Source: an uncultured cyanobacterium
GTDB lineage: Bacteria > Cyanobacteriota > Cyanobacteriia > Cyanobacteriales > Nostocaceae
Length of the DNA: 64,000 nt
Direction of reading: 5' to 3'
Assembly: GCA_963706595.1 (NCBI GenBank)
Contig: OY970166.1
Location: 2,592,001 to 2,656,000, forward strand
Shown: one piece after another, positions 41,122 through 52,032 of the stretch
Numbering within the stretch: the first letter of the stretch is position 1
Layout: each line of letters starts with the position of its first letter
Translations under genes and position numbers: made by a program
Notes under the pieces: model-generated
Database searches by the model: none
What the model saw: the letters and a program-made list of their open reading frames with translations, nothing else
Told to the model about the DNA's origin: nothing

Positions 41122-42579
41122 CTAACTCTTGGATTGAATTTTTTTGACTAAATCATTAAACGGTTGCCAATCATCTTCTTGGGCGATAGGTTCCCAAACC
41201 GATTCAATCAGTGGTCTTAATAGTGCTGTTTGGGGATTATTCTTAGCTAGAGTTTGGGCAATTATATCCATGTGTTCAGGCTCAAAACCATTGAGCATTT
41301 GATGATATAATTTACACCAATTCTCAAAAATATTGGCTGTTTCTGATGTGGGTATAATCTCGGAATTTTTCATCACCATTCCTGGATCATCTCGCCATAT
41401 ATTCTGAAAAGTCCGCGCCATTTCATAGAAAAACTGATGATAACCAACTTGGCTTTCTTGTAAGAATTGAATTGTTAGCTTTAACAGTTCATTTGCTTCT
41501 GGCAACTCCAACTGCTCAAGACCTAACTTTTTCAACATTAACAACTGATATTCAGCTTGATAATACTCATTAAACTTTGTTAATTCTGACTCCATTTCGG
41601 CTTTGTCAATAATTGCCTTGAATGGTTCTTGGAGCATTTCTAAATTCAACTGGCAAATACTTGGTTGATGGCTATAACAATAGCGTCTATAGTAGTCGAA
41701 ATAAGCAGCCGTAAAGTATGGATCATAAGTAGGAATGAAGGCATAAGGGCCATAATCAAAGCTTTCCCCTGTAATGGACATATTGTCAGTATTTAGGACT
41801 GCGTGACAAAAGCCAGCCGCCATCCACTGCGCGGCTAGTTTTGCTACCCGGTTGACTAATTCTGCATAAAATAAAACATATTGATTTTTTTCCTCAATTA
41901 AATGAGGGTAATAATACTGAATTACGTGGTCTAAGAGTTTTTTGCTTAAATCTGGTCGTTGCAAATAATGCAAGCGTTCAAAAGTGCCAAAACGTATATG
42001 TGAACTGTTCATCCTGACCATCACAGATGAGCGAGTTGGTGAAGGCTCGTCACCCCGCCACAGGGATAAACCAGTTTCAATCATTGTCAAACAGCGAGAG
42101 GTGCGTACTCCTAATTGGTGTAATGCTTCTGCTGCTAGAACTTCTCGCACTCCGCCTTTAAGTGTGAGCATTCCATCACCACCACGAGAGTAGGGTGTTT
42201 TACCAGAACCTTTTGTGCCAAAGTCGTACAATTCGCCATCTGTAGCGCGGACTTGTCCGTAAAGAAAGCCTCTACCATCACCCAAGTTAGAATTATATGT
42301 GCCGAACTGATAGCCGTGGTAACGCAGTGCTAGTAATGGTTTGCGTCCCTGAAATTTACCAAAGGCGTTGCTAAAATCTTCATCTGTAACTACTTGGGGG
42401 TCTAGTCCCAAAACAGGTAGTAGTGCATCATTGCGCCAGCGTAAAATATGTTGGGGAAAAGCCTCTGCACTTACCTCGTCGTAGTAATCATCACCCAAAG
42501 ATGCCAATGCTGGTTCGTAGTTGAGGGTGAGAAAAGGATTCTGGGAATTTTCGTTGTTAGGAGTTTCAGCCAAAGTCAT
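41122..42579 (-). CDS. selO: Protein adenylyltransferase SelO (YdiU family)
   Basis: [44 protein letters not shown]. Confidence 0.93.
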   Translation of the reverse strand: MTLAETPNNENSQNPFLTLNYEPALASLGDDYYDEVSAEAFPQHILRWRNDALLPVLGLDPQVVTDEDFSNAFGKFQGRKPLLALRYHGYQFGTYNSNLGDGRGFLYGQVRATDGELYDFGTKGSGKTPYSRGGDGMLTLKGGVREVLAAEALHQLGVRTSRCLTMIETGLSLWRGDEPSPTRSSVMVRMNSSHIRFGTFERLHYLQRPDLSKKLLDHVIQYYYPHLIEEKNQYVLFYAELVNRVAKLAAQWMAAGFCHAVLNTDNMSITGESFDYGPYAFIPTYDPYFTAAYFDYYRRYCYSHQPSICQLNLEMLQEPFKAIIDKAEMESELTKFNEYYQAEYQLLMLKKLGLEQLELPEANELLKLTIQFLQESQVGYHQFFYEMARTFQNIWRDDPGMVMKNSEIIPTSETANIFENWCKLYHQMLNGFEPEHMDIIAQTLAKNNPQTALLRPLIESVWEPIAQEDDWQPFNDLVKKIQSKS

Positions 42580-42619
42580 TACGAGCAAAGCTAATTGATT
42601 CTACCTTTTATCCTACCGC

Positions 42620-42872
42620 CGGCAGCAGGCTTTAACACTGAGCGTAGCCGAAGTGTTAAATTTAGTGGTCGAAGAATCAGAACTAAGCTTTATAAAGCAG
42701 GTAATGGTAAACTGATTCACGCTGATATCAATGGTAGTTTGAATATCTTACGTAAAGTAGTCCCGACAGCATTTAGTCTAGGGATAGGGGGCGTTGTAGT
42801 TTGCCCTGTCGGGGTTATTCCCGGCAAACAAATGGCATGAAATATTTGTCTATGCTTTTTGGAACTATAAAT
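42620..42872 (+). pseudogene. 3' remnant of a tnpB gene with right-end region
   Basis: KFSGRRIRTKLYKAGNGKLIHADINGSLNILRKV matches the TnpB RuvC-III region; no upstream part present. Confidence 0.82.
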
Positions 42873-42910
42873 CAGATATACCTTTGCAATCTACAAAACA
42901 ATCTCTGCCA

Positions 42911-44086
42911 ATGCATCCGACTAAAAAAGTTACCGTACCTATTCGCGTTATTGGTTTGATTAGCGGCACTTCCGTAGATGGTATAGATGCTGCTTTGGTA
43001 GAGGTTTCTGGTAGTGATTTGGATTTAAAAATTGAGTTGCTAGCAGGGGAAACATATCCCTATGCTGCCGAATTAAGAGAAAAGATTTTAGCAGTTGGCG
43101 CAGGTGTTGCCATCTCAATGGCAGAATTAGCAGAAATAGATGATGCGATCGCTTTAGCCTTTGCCCAAGCGGCTCAAAATATCCAAATCGGTCATCAGCC
43201 AGCCACTTTAATTGGTTCCCACGGTCAAACTGTTTACCATCGACCACCTCAAAAAGCCGCAGGCAACACTCCTTTAGGTTACAGCTTGCAATTAGGACGC
43301 GGGGCTTTGATTGCCCATCTGACGGGAATCACTACTGTGAGTAATTTTCGCTTGGCAGATATTAATGCTGGTGGTCATGGTGCGCCCCTAGTGCCGAGAG
43401 TAGATGCTTTTTTGCTCAGTGATTCAACCCACGGACGCTGCATTCAAAATATTGGTGGAATTGGCAATGTTGCTTACATTCCGCCGCGTGGTGGTGACTG
43501 GCTTTCAAAAATTCGCGGTTGGGATACCGGACCGGGAAATAGTTTATTGGATTTGGCAGTGCAGTATTTAACTGATGGTGCTAAGTCATTAGATGAAAAC
43601 GGCAATTGGGCAGCTAGTGGTATTCCTTGCGATTCATTAGTAGAACAATGGCTGAAGCAAGATTACTTTCATCTACCCCCACCTAAATCTACAGGTCGTG
43701 AGTTATTTGGTGTGGCTTACCTGCATCAATGTTTAAAAGATGCCGAACCGTACCAACTCAATCCGGCTGACTTACTGGCGACACTCACAGAACTGACTGT
43801 GGCGACAATTGCTCACAGTTATCAGACGTTTTTACCCCAAATGCCGCAGCAGGTGTTGTTGTGCGGTGGCGGTAGTCGTAATCTGTATTTAAAACAAAGG
43901 TTACAGTTATTGTTGCCATTAGTGCCAGTCTTGACCACAGATGAAGTCGGCTTGAATGCAGATTTTAAAGAAGCGATCGCCTTCGCTGTTTTAGCCTACT
44001 GGCGACAAATGGGGCTGACTGGTAACTTACCTGCTGCCACTGGCGCACCTTGTGAAATAGTTTTAGGAGAAATTCATTCAACTTGA
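42911..44086 (+). CDS. anmK: Anhydro-N-acetylmuramic acid kinase
   Basis: [54 protein letters not shown]; start uncertain (42884 or 42911). Confidence 0.96.
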   Translation: MHPTKKVTVPIRVIGLISGTSVDGIDAALVEVSGSDLDLKIELLAGETYPYAAELREKILAVGAGVAISMAELAEIDDAIALAFAQAAQNIQIGHQPATLIGSHGQTVYHRPPQKAAGNTPLGYSLQLGRGALIAHLTGITTVSNFRLADINAGGHGAPLVPRVDAFLLSDSTHGRCIQNIGGIGNVAYIPPRGGDWLSKIRGWDTGPGNSLLDLAVQYLTDGAKSLDENGNWAASGIPCDSLVEQWLKQDYFHLPPPKSTGRELFGVAYLHQCLKDAEPYQLNPADLLATLTELTVATIAHSYQTFLPQMPQQVLLCGGGSRNLYLKQRLQLLLPLVPVLTTDEVGLNADFKEAIAFAVLAYWRQMGLTGNLPAATGAPCEIVLGEIHST

Positions 44087-44167
44087 AGGCCAATCAGTAT
44101 TGCAATAGTATCTCTATTTACGTCATGCTGTAGTAGGGGTATTAGATCAAGACAAGGAACATACAAA

Positions 44168-44614
44168 GTGGCTCACACTTTTTTATTGGAACCAGGGCGC
44201 TGGACAATGGAAGGCAATTGGCTAGAGCGTCATGGTATGCCAATCAGCGTGAAAGGTATGACCTTAGTCGCTTGGAATCGGGATAACTGGTTCACTATGG
44301 CCACAAAGCTGATATTTCCAGGTAGCGATCGCGCCGAAATCTCTTTGCAATATAAGGGACGGTTAGACAAGGGAGAGCGGCAGTATACTTTTCTACTGCA
44401 ACATAGTCTTTTAGGACACATTGAAGGAGAGGGTTGGATTGGTGTAGAAACCATTGTGCAGCGTTACTGGGTACTAGGTGATCGGCAACGTCGTAGTGGC
44501 TTTGAAACCATGCACCGTATCTCAGCAGAAACATACTATATCAGCAGTGGCGTGATGGCAGGTCATGTCTTAACTAATACAATGGAAGCTAGCTTAGAGC
44601 GTCAATCAACATAG
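44168..44614 (+). CDS. Conserved hypothetical protein
   Basis: 148-aa ORF with upstream AAGGA; beta-rich composition. Confidence 0.75.
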   Translation: MAHTFLLEPGRWTMEGNWLERHGMPISVKGMTLVAWNRDNWFTMATKLIFPGSDRAEISLQYKGRLDKGERQYTFLLQHSLLGHIEGEGWIGVETIVQRYWVLGDRQRRSGFETMHRISAETYYISSGVMAGHVLTNTMEASLERQST

Positions 44615-44810
44615 ACTCCAAGACTTCCCAGTAAAAAAATCTGAAATCACTTGAGATCAGGCGGACAAAGGAGATAGATAGTGAGCCAAAATTGGGAAAA
44701 CTAAAACTAGACCAATCTCGAAGTGCGGAATATCATCAAATATCAGGATAAATCTACCACCTACTCATGGGTGTTCATCATGTTCATTGAACATTGGAGT
44801 GGAATTTTAT

Positions 44811-46379
44811 ATGTCAGACCCCAACATTGGTCGCTTACTCGGCAAACGCTACCAGCTTCAAGAGTTAATTGGTACTGGAGCTATGGGCCGGGTTTATCGT
44901 GCTAAAGATATTTTGTTGGGAGGCGTACCTGTTGCCATCAAGTTTCTGGCCTTGTCCATACAAAATAAGAAGATGCGATTGCAAGAGCGCTTTGAGCAAG
45001 AAGCGAAAACCTGTGCCTTACTAGGGCAAAAAAGCATTCACATTGTCCGAGTCATGGATTATGGTGTAGACGAAAATAACACGCCGTTCTATGTGATGGA
45101 ATACTTGCAAGGACAAGGCCTCACCCAGATTATCCGCCAACAAAATCAAACTCTATCGTTACCGAGATTTTTGAGTATGGCGCGTCAAATCAGTTTGGGG
45201 TTAAAGTGCGCTCATGATGGTATCCCAGTTGATGGCACAGTCTACCCAATTATTCATCGTGATATCAAGCCGAGCAATATATTGGTGATTCAAGACCCTA
45301 GTTTTGGGGAATTGGTGAAGGTGCTAGATTTTGGGATTGCTAAGTTATTACAGGCAGATAGAGACCAAACAAAATACTATTTAGGCACAATGGCTTATTC
45401 CTCTCCCGAACAAATGGAGGGTAAGGAATTAGATAATCGCGCCGATATTTATAGTCTGGGCGTGATGATGTTCGAGATGCTGACAGGGAAAATGCCCCTA
45501 GTCGCAGCAACTCACTCTTTTGGGGCATGGTATAAAACACATCAGACTGAAGAACCCCGGACTTTTGCTAAGGTTGCTCCCACCTTGCAAATTCCCCAGT
45601 CAGTAAAAAATTTAGTCATGAGTTGTCTGGCTAAAGCAGCAAGCGATCGCCCCCAAAGCATCGGTGATATTCTCCAGGCTATAGAATCTGTAGAACAGGA
45701 GTATCGTCAGCAGACAACTTCACCAAATCATCAAGCAGCTATTCAAGCCCTGGTTGTTAAAGATAAACCGCAACCGAAAGCAACAGCCAATTTACAGATA
45801 CCTTTATCAAACAATGAAATTGATCTGGTTAGCTCGGTTTCCTGGCCAGCTACTAAACCAATTGCCGATATTATTTTCCCAAAACCCATCCAGTCTAACG
45901 GAAAGATGCTCCCAGCCCTATGGGTGATGCTACCACAGCCAGAAATCAACAAACGCTTAAACTGTAATATTTATAATCAATTTTTGTTTATTCATACTCC
46001 CCACCCGATGTTGCTCTGGATTACTGTGATCTACAATCGCCAACATGAGGCCAAATTTTTACCTTATTATCTGGATATGAAAACGAGTCGGGGTCAAGAA
46101 ATCGTCGGCTTACTGGCACAGACAGCTTCCTATCGTTTGTTGTTATTTGCACGGGAAACACCAGATCGCTGTTCTCATGTTTTACTATCCAGTATTGATC
46201 CAGCCCAACCCCAAAAACTGCAACAGTGGATAGCAATGAGTAAAACCTTCGCTTCATCTGCCAATGCCCAGTTTAGTAAAAGTTTACTCAAAAGCGAGTA
46301 CGAAAAAATTAAGCCCCAGATTTTGGCAAAGTTGGAAACAGTTTTCACTGATTTTTCTTTCAATATTGCTGCCAAATAA
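44811..46379 (+). CDS. Serine/threonine protein kinase
   Basis: GTGAMGRVY, VAIK, HRDIKPSN, DFG, YSSPEQ, DIYSLG. Confidence 0.96.
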   Translation: MSDPNIGRLLGKRYQLQELIGTGAMGRVYRAKDILLGGVPVAIKFLALSIQNKKMRLQERFEQEAKTCALLGQKSIHIVRVMDYGVDENNTPFYVMEYLQGQGLTQIIRQQNQTLSLPRFLSMARQISLGLKCAHDGIPVDGTVYPIIHRDIKPSNILVIQDPSFGELVKVLDFGIAKLLQADRDQTKYYLGTMAYSSPEQMEGKELDNRADIYSLGVMMFEMLTGKMPLVAATHSFGAWYKTHQTEEPRTFAKVAPTLQIPQSVKNLVMSCLAKAASDRPQSIGDILQAIESVEQEYRQQTTSPNHQAAIQALVVKDKPQPKATANLQIPLSNNEIDLVSSVSWPATKPIADIIFPKPIQSNGKMLPALWVMLPQPEINKRLNCNIYNQFLFIHTPHPMLLWITVIYNRQHEAKFLPYYLDMKTSRGQEIVGLLAQTASYRLLLFARETPDRCSHVLLSSIDPAQPQKLQQWIAMSKTFASSANAQFSKSLLKSEYEKIKPQILAKLETVFTDFSFNIAAK

Positions 46380-46936
46380 ATTTGAAACCCCAAGTTTTAG
46401 GTTAGTCCGGGCAGTTTTTTGGTTTCCCATGAGCAACTGGCGCACGACATCTAGTCACCTCAACGCCCTGAAGGAATCCACATACCATAAATTGTACTTT
46501 TTACGTGATGTAAAATTTTGTTAAGAAAATATCTATCTAGTTGTAAGCTTTATTGATAAAAAATATAATAGCTATGAATGACATTTGCAAAGCTGATGGA
46601 ACCCTGATAGTAGATGGTGTTGGACTCGGGCATGCACAGCGACAGATGCTCAAAATCTCATAGTCTGTAGGCAGATCAGAAGTTGATCAAATTCCCCACA
46701 AATAAACATCTGTTATATTCAACAAGCAGACGAGTGTAAATCGATCAAATCATCAAATTACCAAAATTCCTCTTAAATTTAGCCAAGTCTGATGTTTGGT
46801 TTGACTCCAAAGCTACAGTAGTTTGGTGAAAACATAATAGTGGCTGATTTGAGTTGACGCCCCAACATCCCCAGCTCTTTTCCTCCGTGGAACTAAGCAA
46901 GAGAAGGAGGTCGCCCACTGCGACACACATACTACT

Positions 46937-47134
46937 CTATGCCATAGTGGAGCCTGAATCTAAGCCCCATTGATGTTTGAGCAGCTCTTGATAGGTTGCT
47001 TCGCGCACCATCATTTGTTCATAAAGCTTAACCAAAAAGTCTTTAGCTTGGTCGTTGCTCATGTGCTGTACTTGGCTCGCAAAGGAGCGGATACTAAATT
47101 GTTGTTCCAAAGATAATTCGATGGGTTGGCTCAT
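46937..47134 (-). CDS. nblA: Phycobilisome degradation protein NblA
   Basis: MSQPIELSLEQQFSIRSF...LLKHQWG. Confidence 0.96.
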   Translation of the reverse strand: MSQPIELSLEQQFSIRSFASQVQHMSNDQAKDFLVKLYEQMMVREATYQELLKHQWGLDSGSTMA

Positions 47135-47850
47135 AATAAACTCCGAGAAAAACAACGCGTAAAATTGATGTCGATTACAGAGGTCTCAAAAGTATAATCA
47201 GTGGATCAGTACATTTTATAAATTTGTACCTCTGTATTAAGAAAGATAACAATTGTTTGACGAATTGCCCACATCCTTATGGGTAGGATTCCCGTCTTGA
47301 TATCTTGCACCTCAGCCAACTGATGTATAACTTAGGTTTACCAAAGCTGATCTTGGGCAGAAATCACTTTTTGTAAACCATCGCTAAGTTAGTTGGAATA
47401 CCCTGATGTACTTCCTACTCATTTCAACGTCTCTTGTGAGGAGGTGCTGATAGAGGGGTAGGAAAATGGTGTTAAGGGTAAATTATATTCGACATATATT
47501 ATTCGGTGCAAAAAGTCAAGTCACCAGATTTTGCAGTATCAGTCTCCAATAAGTAATTTTGGAGGTTAAAAGTATTTGTATCAAGTTGTAAATAGGAAAA
47601 ATGCTCAGGCTGAACAAATCGCTGAGTATATCTACTAAAAAAATAATTTGTTGGCAATTTCGGTGTTGAAAGTCCTAGTTTTTGGTCAAAACCAATCTAA
47701 AATCACTCCGCGTAGCGGATTGATGAGTCATTAGTTTTTGCGTCCACTTGGGGCGGGTATCCACCCCAAAGAACTAATAAACTAGTGATTATTTAATTCA
47801 CCAGTCCTATCCGCTTTTGGTATGGGAAAGTCCAAAATGGCAAATCTAAT

Positions 47851-48591
47851 CTATCCTGGAGGGTTTTCTTCAAGTGAAACCATGACGATTGTGATGTTAT
47901 CGTGTCCACCCTGGTCTTTGGCGGCTTCAGTTAGAGAAAGGGAAGCTTTTTCCAAGTTGGGAGTGTTGCGGAGGTGTTCAGCGATATTCTGATTGCTCAA
48001 TTCTTCGGTGAGACCATCACTGCATAGCAGCAGGCGATCGCCTATCTTAACATCTAACGGCTGCACATCAACTTGATGCAAATCTTCCCTACCCAAACAC
48101 CGGGATAAGATATGGCGGTAGGGGTGCTGTCGGGCTTCCTCTTCAGTAATATCACCTATTTTAATCGCTCTAGCTACCCAAGTATGGTCTTCTGTGACCT
48201 GTTGTAATTGTGAGTCCCGAAACTGATATAACCTGGAATCACCAACATGAGCGCACCAAGACGAATATGATTCGCGAAAAACCACAGCGACGACTGTAGT
48301 CCCCATATCGGCGCGTTCGGGATGCTGTTGCTGATCCTGTACAATGGCTTGATTTGCTTGCCAGAGAGCGTTCTCTAGCAATTTAGGAGTAGGTTCAGCC
48401 CCATCCCAGTGGGACACCAAAAAAGCTTGAATTACCTGCGTAGCAATGCGACTGGCTTGTTCACCCCCAGCATGACCACCCATCCCATCAGCAACAATAA
48501 AAAATCGCCCATCAGGGTCGATATAGTAAGCATCCTGGTTACTAGAACGAATAAGTCCCGGATCGCTAGAACCGGTAAAGTTAAGTTTCAT
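47851..48591 (-). CDS. PP2C-family Ser/Thr phosphatase (PphA-like)
   Basis: NQD, VADGMGGH, MGTT, HVGDSR, CSDGL, GGHDN. Confidence 0.95.
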   Translation of the reverse strand: MKLNFTGSSDPGLIRSSNQDAYYIDPDGRFFIVADGMGGHAGGEQASRIATQVIQAFLVSHWDGAEPTPKLLENALWQANQAIVQDQQQHPERADMGTTVVAVVFRESYSSWCAHVGDSRLYQFRDSQLQQVTEDHTWVARAIKIGDITEEEARQHPYRHILSRCLGREDLHQVDVQPLDVKIGDRLLLCSDGLTEELSNQNIAEHLRNTPNLEKASLSLTEAAKDQGGHDNITIVMVSLEENPPG

Positions 48592-48606
48592 AATTTTTGA
48601 GCAAAA

Positions 48607-50292
48607 TCAATACGTCCGGTCATAACGGTCGAGGCGTGATAGCAAGCGAATCAGGATGACTGAAATTGCTGCTGCAATTACACCAGCTAGCACAGCCAGC
48701 CATATATAACGATTAACTAATAAAATTGTGGCCGAAAGAGTAAATCCACTGATCATTAAAGCGTAGGTTGTGCCTAGTTGGATATTGCTCTGCCTGCGTA
48801 GTAGACGCTCAGTTTCTATAGAACGGACACGCACGCGCATATCTCCCCGTTCTAATTTCTCTAATGTATCCTCTAATCTCCGAGGCAAACCGAATGCAGT
48901 TGTACTGACTTGAACTGCTTGACGACTTAATTCATTGATAAAGCTATTATTATCAGGACCATTCATATCTGTTATTAGTTGCATTGCATAAGGTTGGGCA
49001 ACTTCCATAAAGTTAAATTCTGGATCTAAGCCTTTGCCTACCCCCTCTAGAGTAGAAAAAGCTCGCATCACAAAAGTGAAGGTTGCGGGAAATCTAAATG
49101 GCTGATTATAAGCTAATTCATAGAGGTCGTCACTGATTGCCGCCACAGACTGATTTTCAAAGGGTTGATCCATGAAATGGTCCAGCATATACTGCACAGA
49201 ACGCCGCACAGGCCCCATATCATCGGTAGGTGCGATCGCGCCTAAATCGATTAAGGATTGTACCACGCGATCGCCATCTTTTTGAGCAATCCCAAACAGC
49301 GTTTCCATCAGACCTTCACGCACATTCGACTGAATCTGCCCCATCATCCCGAAGTCGTAGAAAATTAAATCACCAGTGGGACTAACAGCAATATTACCTG
49401 GGTGAGGGTCAGCATGGAAAAAGCCATTATTAAGCAGTTGCAACAAATAAGCTTGAGCGCCTTGACGTGCTAGCAGCTTACGATCTAAACCTGCGGCTTC
49501 TAAAGCTTCATATTGGCTAATTTTAATTCCAGGGAGATATTCTAAAGTTAATATTTTGGGTGAAGCATAACGCCAATAAACTCTAGGGACTTTTACCCAT
49601 TCGTAGCCGCGAAAATTCCGGCGAAAAGTATCAGCATTGCGACCTTCATTGAGATAATCAATTTCTTCCCAAAGAATGCGACAACATTCTTCGTAAATCC
49701 CTAGCCAATCTCGCCCCCTTCCCCATTTCGGATGGTTTTGAAAATAGCGGGTGATACCCTTGAGAATCTGTAAATCGATTTCAAATAGCTTCTTTAATCC
49801 AGGGCGCTGTATTTTCACAACAACTGATTCCCCAGAGTGTAATACAGCTTTGTGTACTTGCCCTAAACTAGCAGCCGCGAGGGGAATAGGTTCAAAATTC
49901 TGAAATAATTCCGGAATTTTCTTACCTAATTCCTCCTCAATACTGGCTTCTACTTTTTCATAGCTAAAAGCAGGTACTTTATCCTGTAACTTTGCCAATT
50001 CTTCCACATATTCGCCGGGAAATATATCAGCACGAGTAGAAAATAACTGCCCGACTTTAATGAAAGTTGGACCTAAGTTCAACAGGGTATTACGAATCCA
50101 GATGGCTTGGGCTTTGCGTCTGGCAACTTGCTTGGCTTCAGTCACACCGCCAGGATAACTCCAAGATTTGTTGTAACGCCAAAGCTTGAACATTAAGGTC
50201 AAGACAAAAGACCAAATGTCCACAAAGCGCGTTTTACTAGAGTAGTTTTCCCGATTCCAACGGTATGCTTTCTCTGAATAACCTGTTTCCAT
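48607..50292 (-). CDS. AarF/ABC1/UbiB-family kinase
   Basis: LGPTFIKVGQ, AAASLGQVH, FFHADPHPGN, DFGM. Confidence 0.95.
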   Translation of the reverse strand: METGYSEKAYRWNRENYSSKTRFVDIWSFVLTLMFKLWRYNKSWSYPGGVTEAKQVARRKAQAIWIRNTLLNLGPTFIKVGQLFSTRADIFPGEYVEELAKLQDKVPAFSYEKVEASIEEELGKKIPELFQNFEPIPLAAASLGQVHKAVLHSGESVVVKIQRPGLKKLFEIDLQILKGITRYFQNHPKWGRGRDWLGIYEECCRILWEEIDYLNEGRNADTFRRNFRGYEWVKVPRVYWRYASPKILTLEYLPGIKISQYEALEAAGLDRKLLARQGAQAYLLQLLNNGFFHADPHPGNIAVSPTGDLIFYDFGMMGQIQSNVREGLMETLFGIAQKDGDRVVQSLIDLGAIAPTDDMGPVRRSVQYMLDHFMDQPFENQSVAAISDDLYELAYNQPFRFPATFTFVMRAFSTLEGVGKGLDPEFNFMEVAQPYAMQLITDMNGPDNNSFINELSRQAVQVSTTAFGLPRRLEDTLEKLERGDMRVRVRSIETERLLRRQSNIQLGTTYALMISGFTLSATILLVNRYIWLAVLAGVIAAAISVILIRLLSRLDRYDRTY

Positions 50293-50385
50293 ATTTTTTG
50301 TTTACCGTTGGTTGTTAACCAAATCCCTTGGATGAAAAGACACTCTGAATTTTTGAACTAATTCCCCGCAAGTGTCATGTAATCA

Positions 50386-50428
50386 TGACCAATGAGCAAT
50401 GACCAATGACTAATGACTAATGACCAAA
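50386..50428 (+). repeat. TGACYAA heptamer array
   Basis: Direct reading. Confidence 0.8.
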
Positions 50429-50429
50429 T

Positions 50430-50756
50430 TTATACAGAATTGCTGCGATAACGTTGCAATTCATTGCGTAAGAGGGCGATTTCGGCTCTGAGTTCATCAA
50501 TTGTTGCTTGTAAGTCAACTGAACCAGAACCAGAGTAGCTACCACCGGGGGTACTTTGACCAGAATTAGCTGCTTCAGCCGCTCGATTTGCCCGTTCTAG
50601 TACCTCTTCTGTGAACTGGCGCATTTGCTCTCTAGCTTCGGCATCAAATTTGCCCAAATCGCTCAAAGCGTCGGTTACAGCCACCTCTAGACGCTCGTTA
50701 ATTACTTCTGCTACTGCTCTGCCTACGAAAAAGGCTTGTACAAGGGGGTTACTCAT
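50430..50756 (-). CDS. Conserved cyanobacterial coiled-coil hypothetical protein
   Basis: MSNPLVQAFFVGRA...DLQATIDELRAEIA; lies upstream of the ABC1 kinase. Confidence 0.8.
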   Translation of the reverse strand: MSNPLVQAFFVGRAVAEVINERLEVAVTDALSDLGKFDAEAREQMRQFTEEVLERANRAAEAANSGQSTPGGSYSGSGSVDLQATIDELRAEIALLRNELQRYRSNSV

Positions 50757-50992
50757 AAATTTTTGTTACGTTGCTCCGCAAGAGAATTATAACTTGCCTA
50801 CCTGCTTTGCGGCTTCTGCTGAAGAGGAAGAAATTTAGACCAGTCAGAATTTCATAAATTGCCGCAGGCTCTAGGATATTATCAAGTAGCAAATTTATCT
50901 GCATACAGGCGTTCACGTAGTGTACCGCAGGTAATCGCATATCATAAAAATGCTAACATCGATTTATAATTAGTTGATGCCATACTTATTCT

Positions 50993-51673
50993 ATGACCAT
51001 TGCTCAAGAATTAGCGCCCCCAGCAGGCATCTTTCAAGATGTAATCTTTCCCCCTAGTGATTTATATAGTAACGAACCTCCCTTGGAAACTGAACTACAT
51101 CTACGGCAAATAATTCTACTTTTCAAATGTCTAGAATGGCTGTGGCGAGATAGAAATGATTTTTATGCGGCGGGAAACCTAACTATCTACTACAGTCCAC
51201 ATCAACGCAAATCACAAGACTTTCGGGGTCCAGACTTTTTTGTAGTCTTGGGAACTGAACGCAAAACTCGCAAAAGTTGGGTAGTTTGGGAAGAAGACGG
51301 CAAATATCCTCATGTCATCGTGGAAATCCTTTCTAATTCCACAGCACAGACAGACAAAGAATTAAAGAAACAAATTTATCAAGATACTTTCCGTACCCAT
51401 GATTATTTTTGGTTCGATCCCTACACATTAGAATTTGCGGGATTTCACTTAGTAGATGGAGAATATCAACCTCTACAACCAAATGAACAAGGACATTTAT
51501 GGAGTCATCAACTAGGCTTATATCTGGGAGTTCATCAGGGGCTAGTGAGATTTTTTACAGAACTTGGGCAATTAGTGCCGACACCGGAAGAAACAGCAGA
51601 AAAAGCCGAACAAAAAGCTGAACGTTTGGCAGCAAAACTGCGAGAATTAAATATTGATCCTGATACAATTTAA
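50993..51673 (+). CDS. Uma2-family endonuclease-like protein
   Basis: EPPLETELH, GPDFFVV, VEILS, EQKAERLAAKLRELNIDP tail. Confidence 0.92.
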   Translation: MTIAQELAPPAGIFQDVIFPPSDLYSNEPPLETELHLRQIILLFKCLEWLWRDRNDFYAAGNLTIYYSPHQRKSQDFRGPDFFVVLGTERKTRKSWVVWEEDGKYPHVIVEILSNSTAQTDKELKKQIYQDTFRTHDYFWFDPYTLEFAGFHLVDGEYQPLQPNEQGHLWSHQLGLYLGVHQGLVRFFTELGQLVPTPEETAEKAEQKAERLAAKLRELNIDPDTI

Positions 51674-51760
51674 TTCGTAATTCGTAATTCGTAATTCGTA
51701 ATTCGTAATTTGTAATTCGTAATTCGTAATTTGTAATTCGTAATTTGTAATTCGTAATTC
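51671..51760 (+). repeat. TAATTYG heptamer array (about 13 units)
   Basis: Direct reading; begins at the Uma2 stop codon. Confidence 0.95.
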
Positions 51761-51850
51761 AAGAGCTTACAAACCCCAGTATAATCTTTGATATCAAGTT
51801 CTGTTGAATACTTACGAAACACGAAAAACTGCTAAACCTTTGTTTTATCT

Positions 51851-51887
51851 CCCCTCCTCGCTTGCGGGGAGGGGTTGGGGGTGGGGT
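51851..51887 (+). repeat. Third copy of the repeat that flanks dnaE-N
   Basis: cccctcctcgcttgcggggaggggttgggggtggggt. Confidence 0.9.
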
Positions 51888-52032
51888 GACATGATTGTGG
51901 TAATCGTAACTAATTAAACGGACATGATATGATTTGGTGATTATCAATGACGGGAATTATCAACTATAAATATCAATATCAATATCAATTACGGATTATT
52001 TTGAATCTTGATGGTGAAAGCTAATCTTATTC

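Noticed and set aside
40905..42872. selO as cargo of one composite element bounded by the tnpA and tnpB fragments
   Set aside because: The fragments are on opposite strands and point away from each other; independent remnants are simpler
47135..47850. NtcA box upstream of nblA
   Set aside because: I could not find a convincing GTA-N8-TAC by eye; a motif scan is needed
51671..51760. Tandem arrays as a possible CRISPR
   Set aside because: 7-nt units with no unique spacers, and no cas genes in the window
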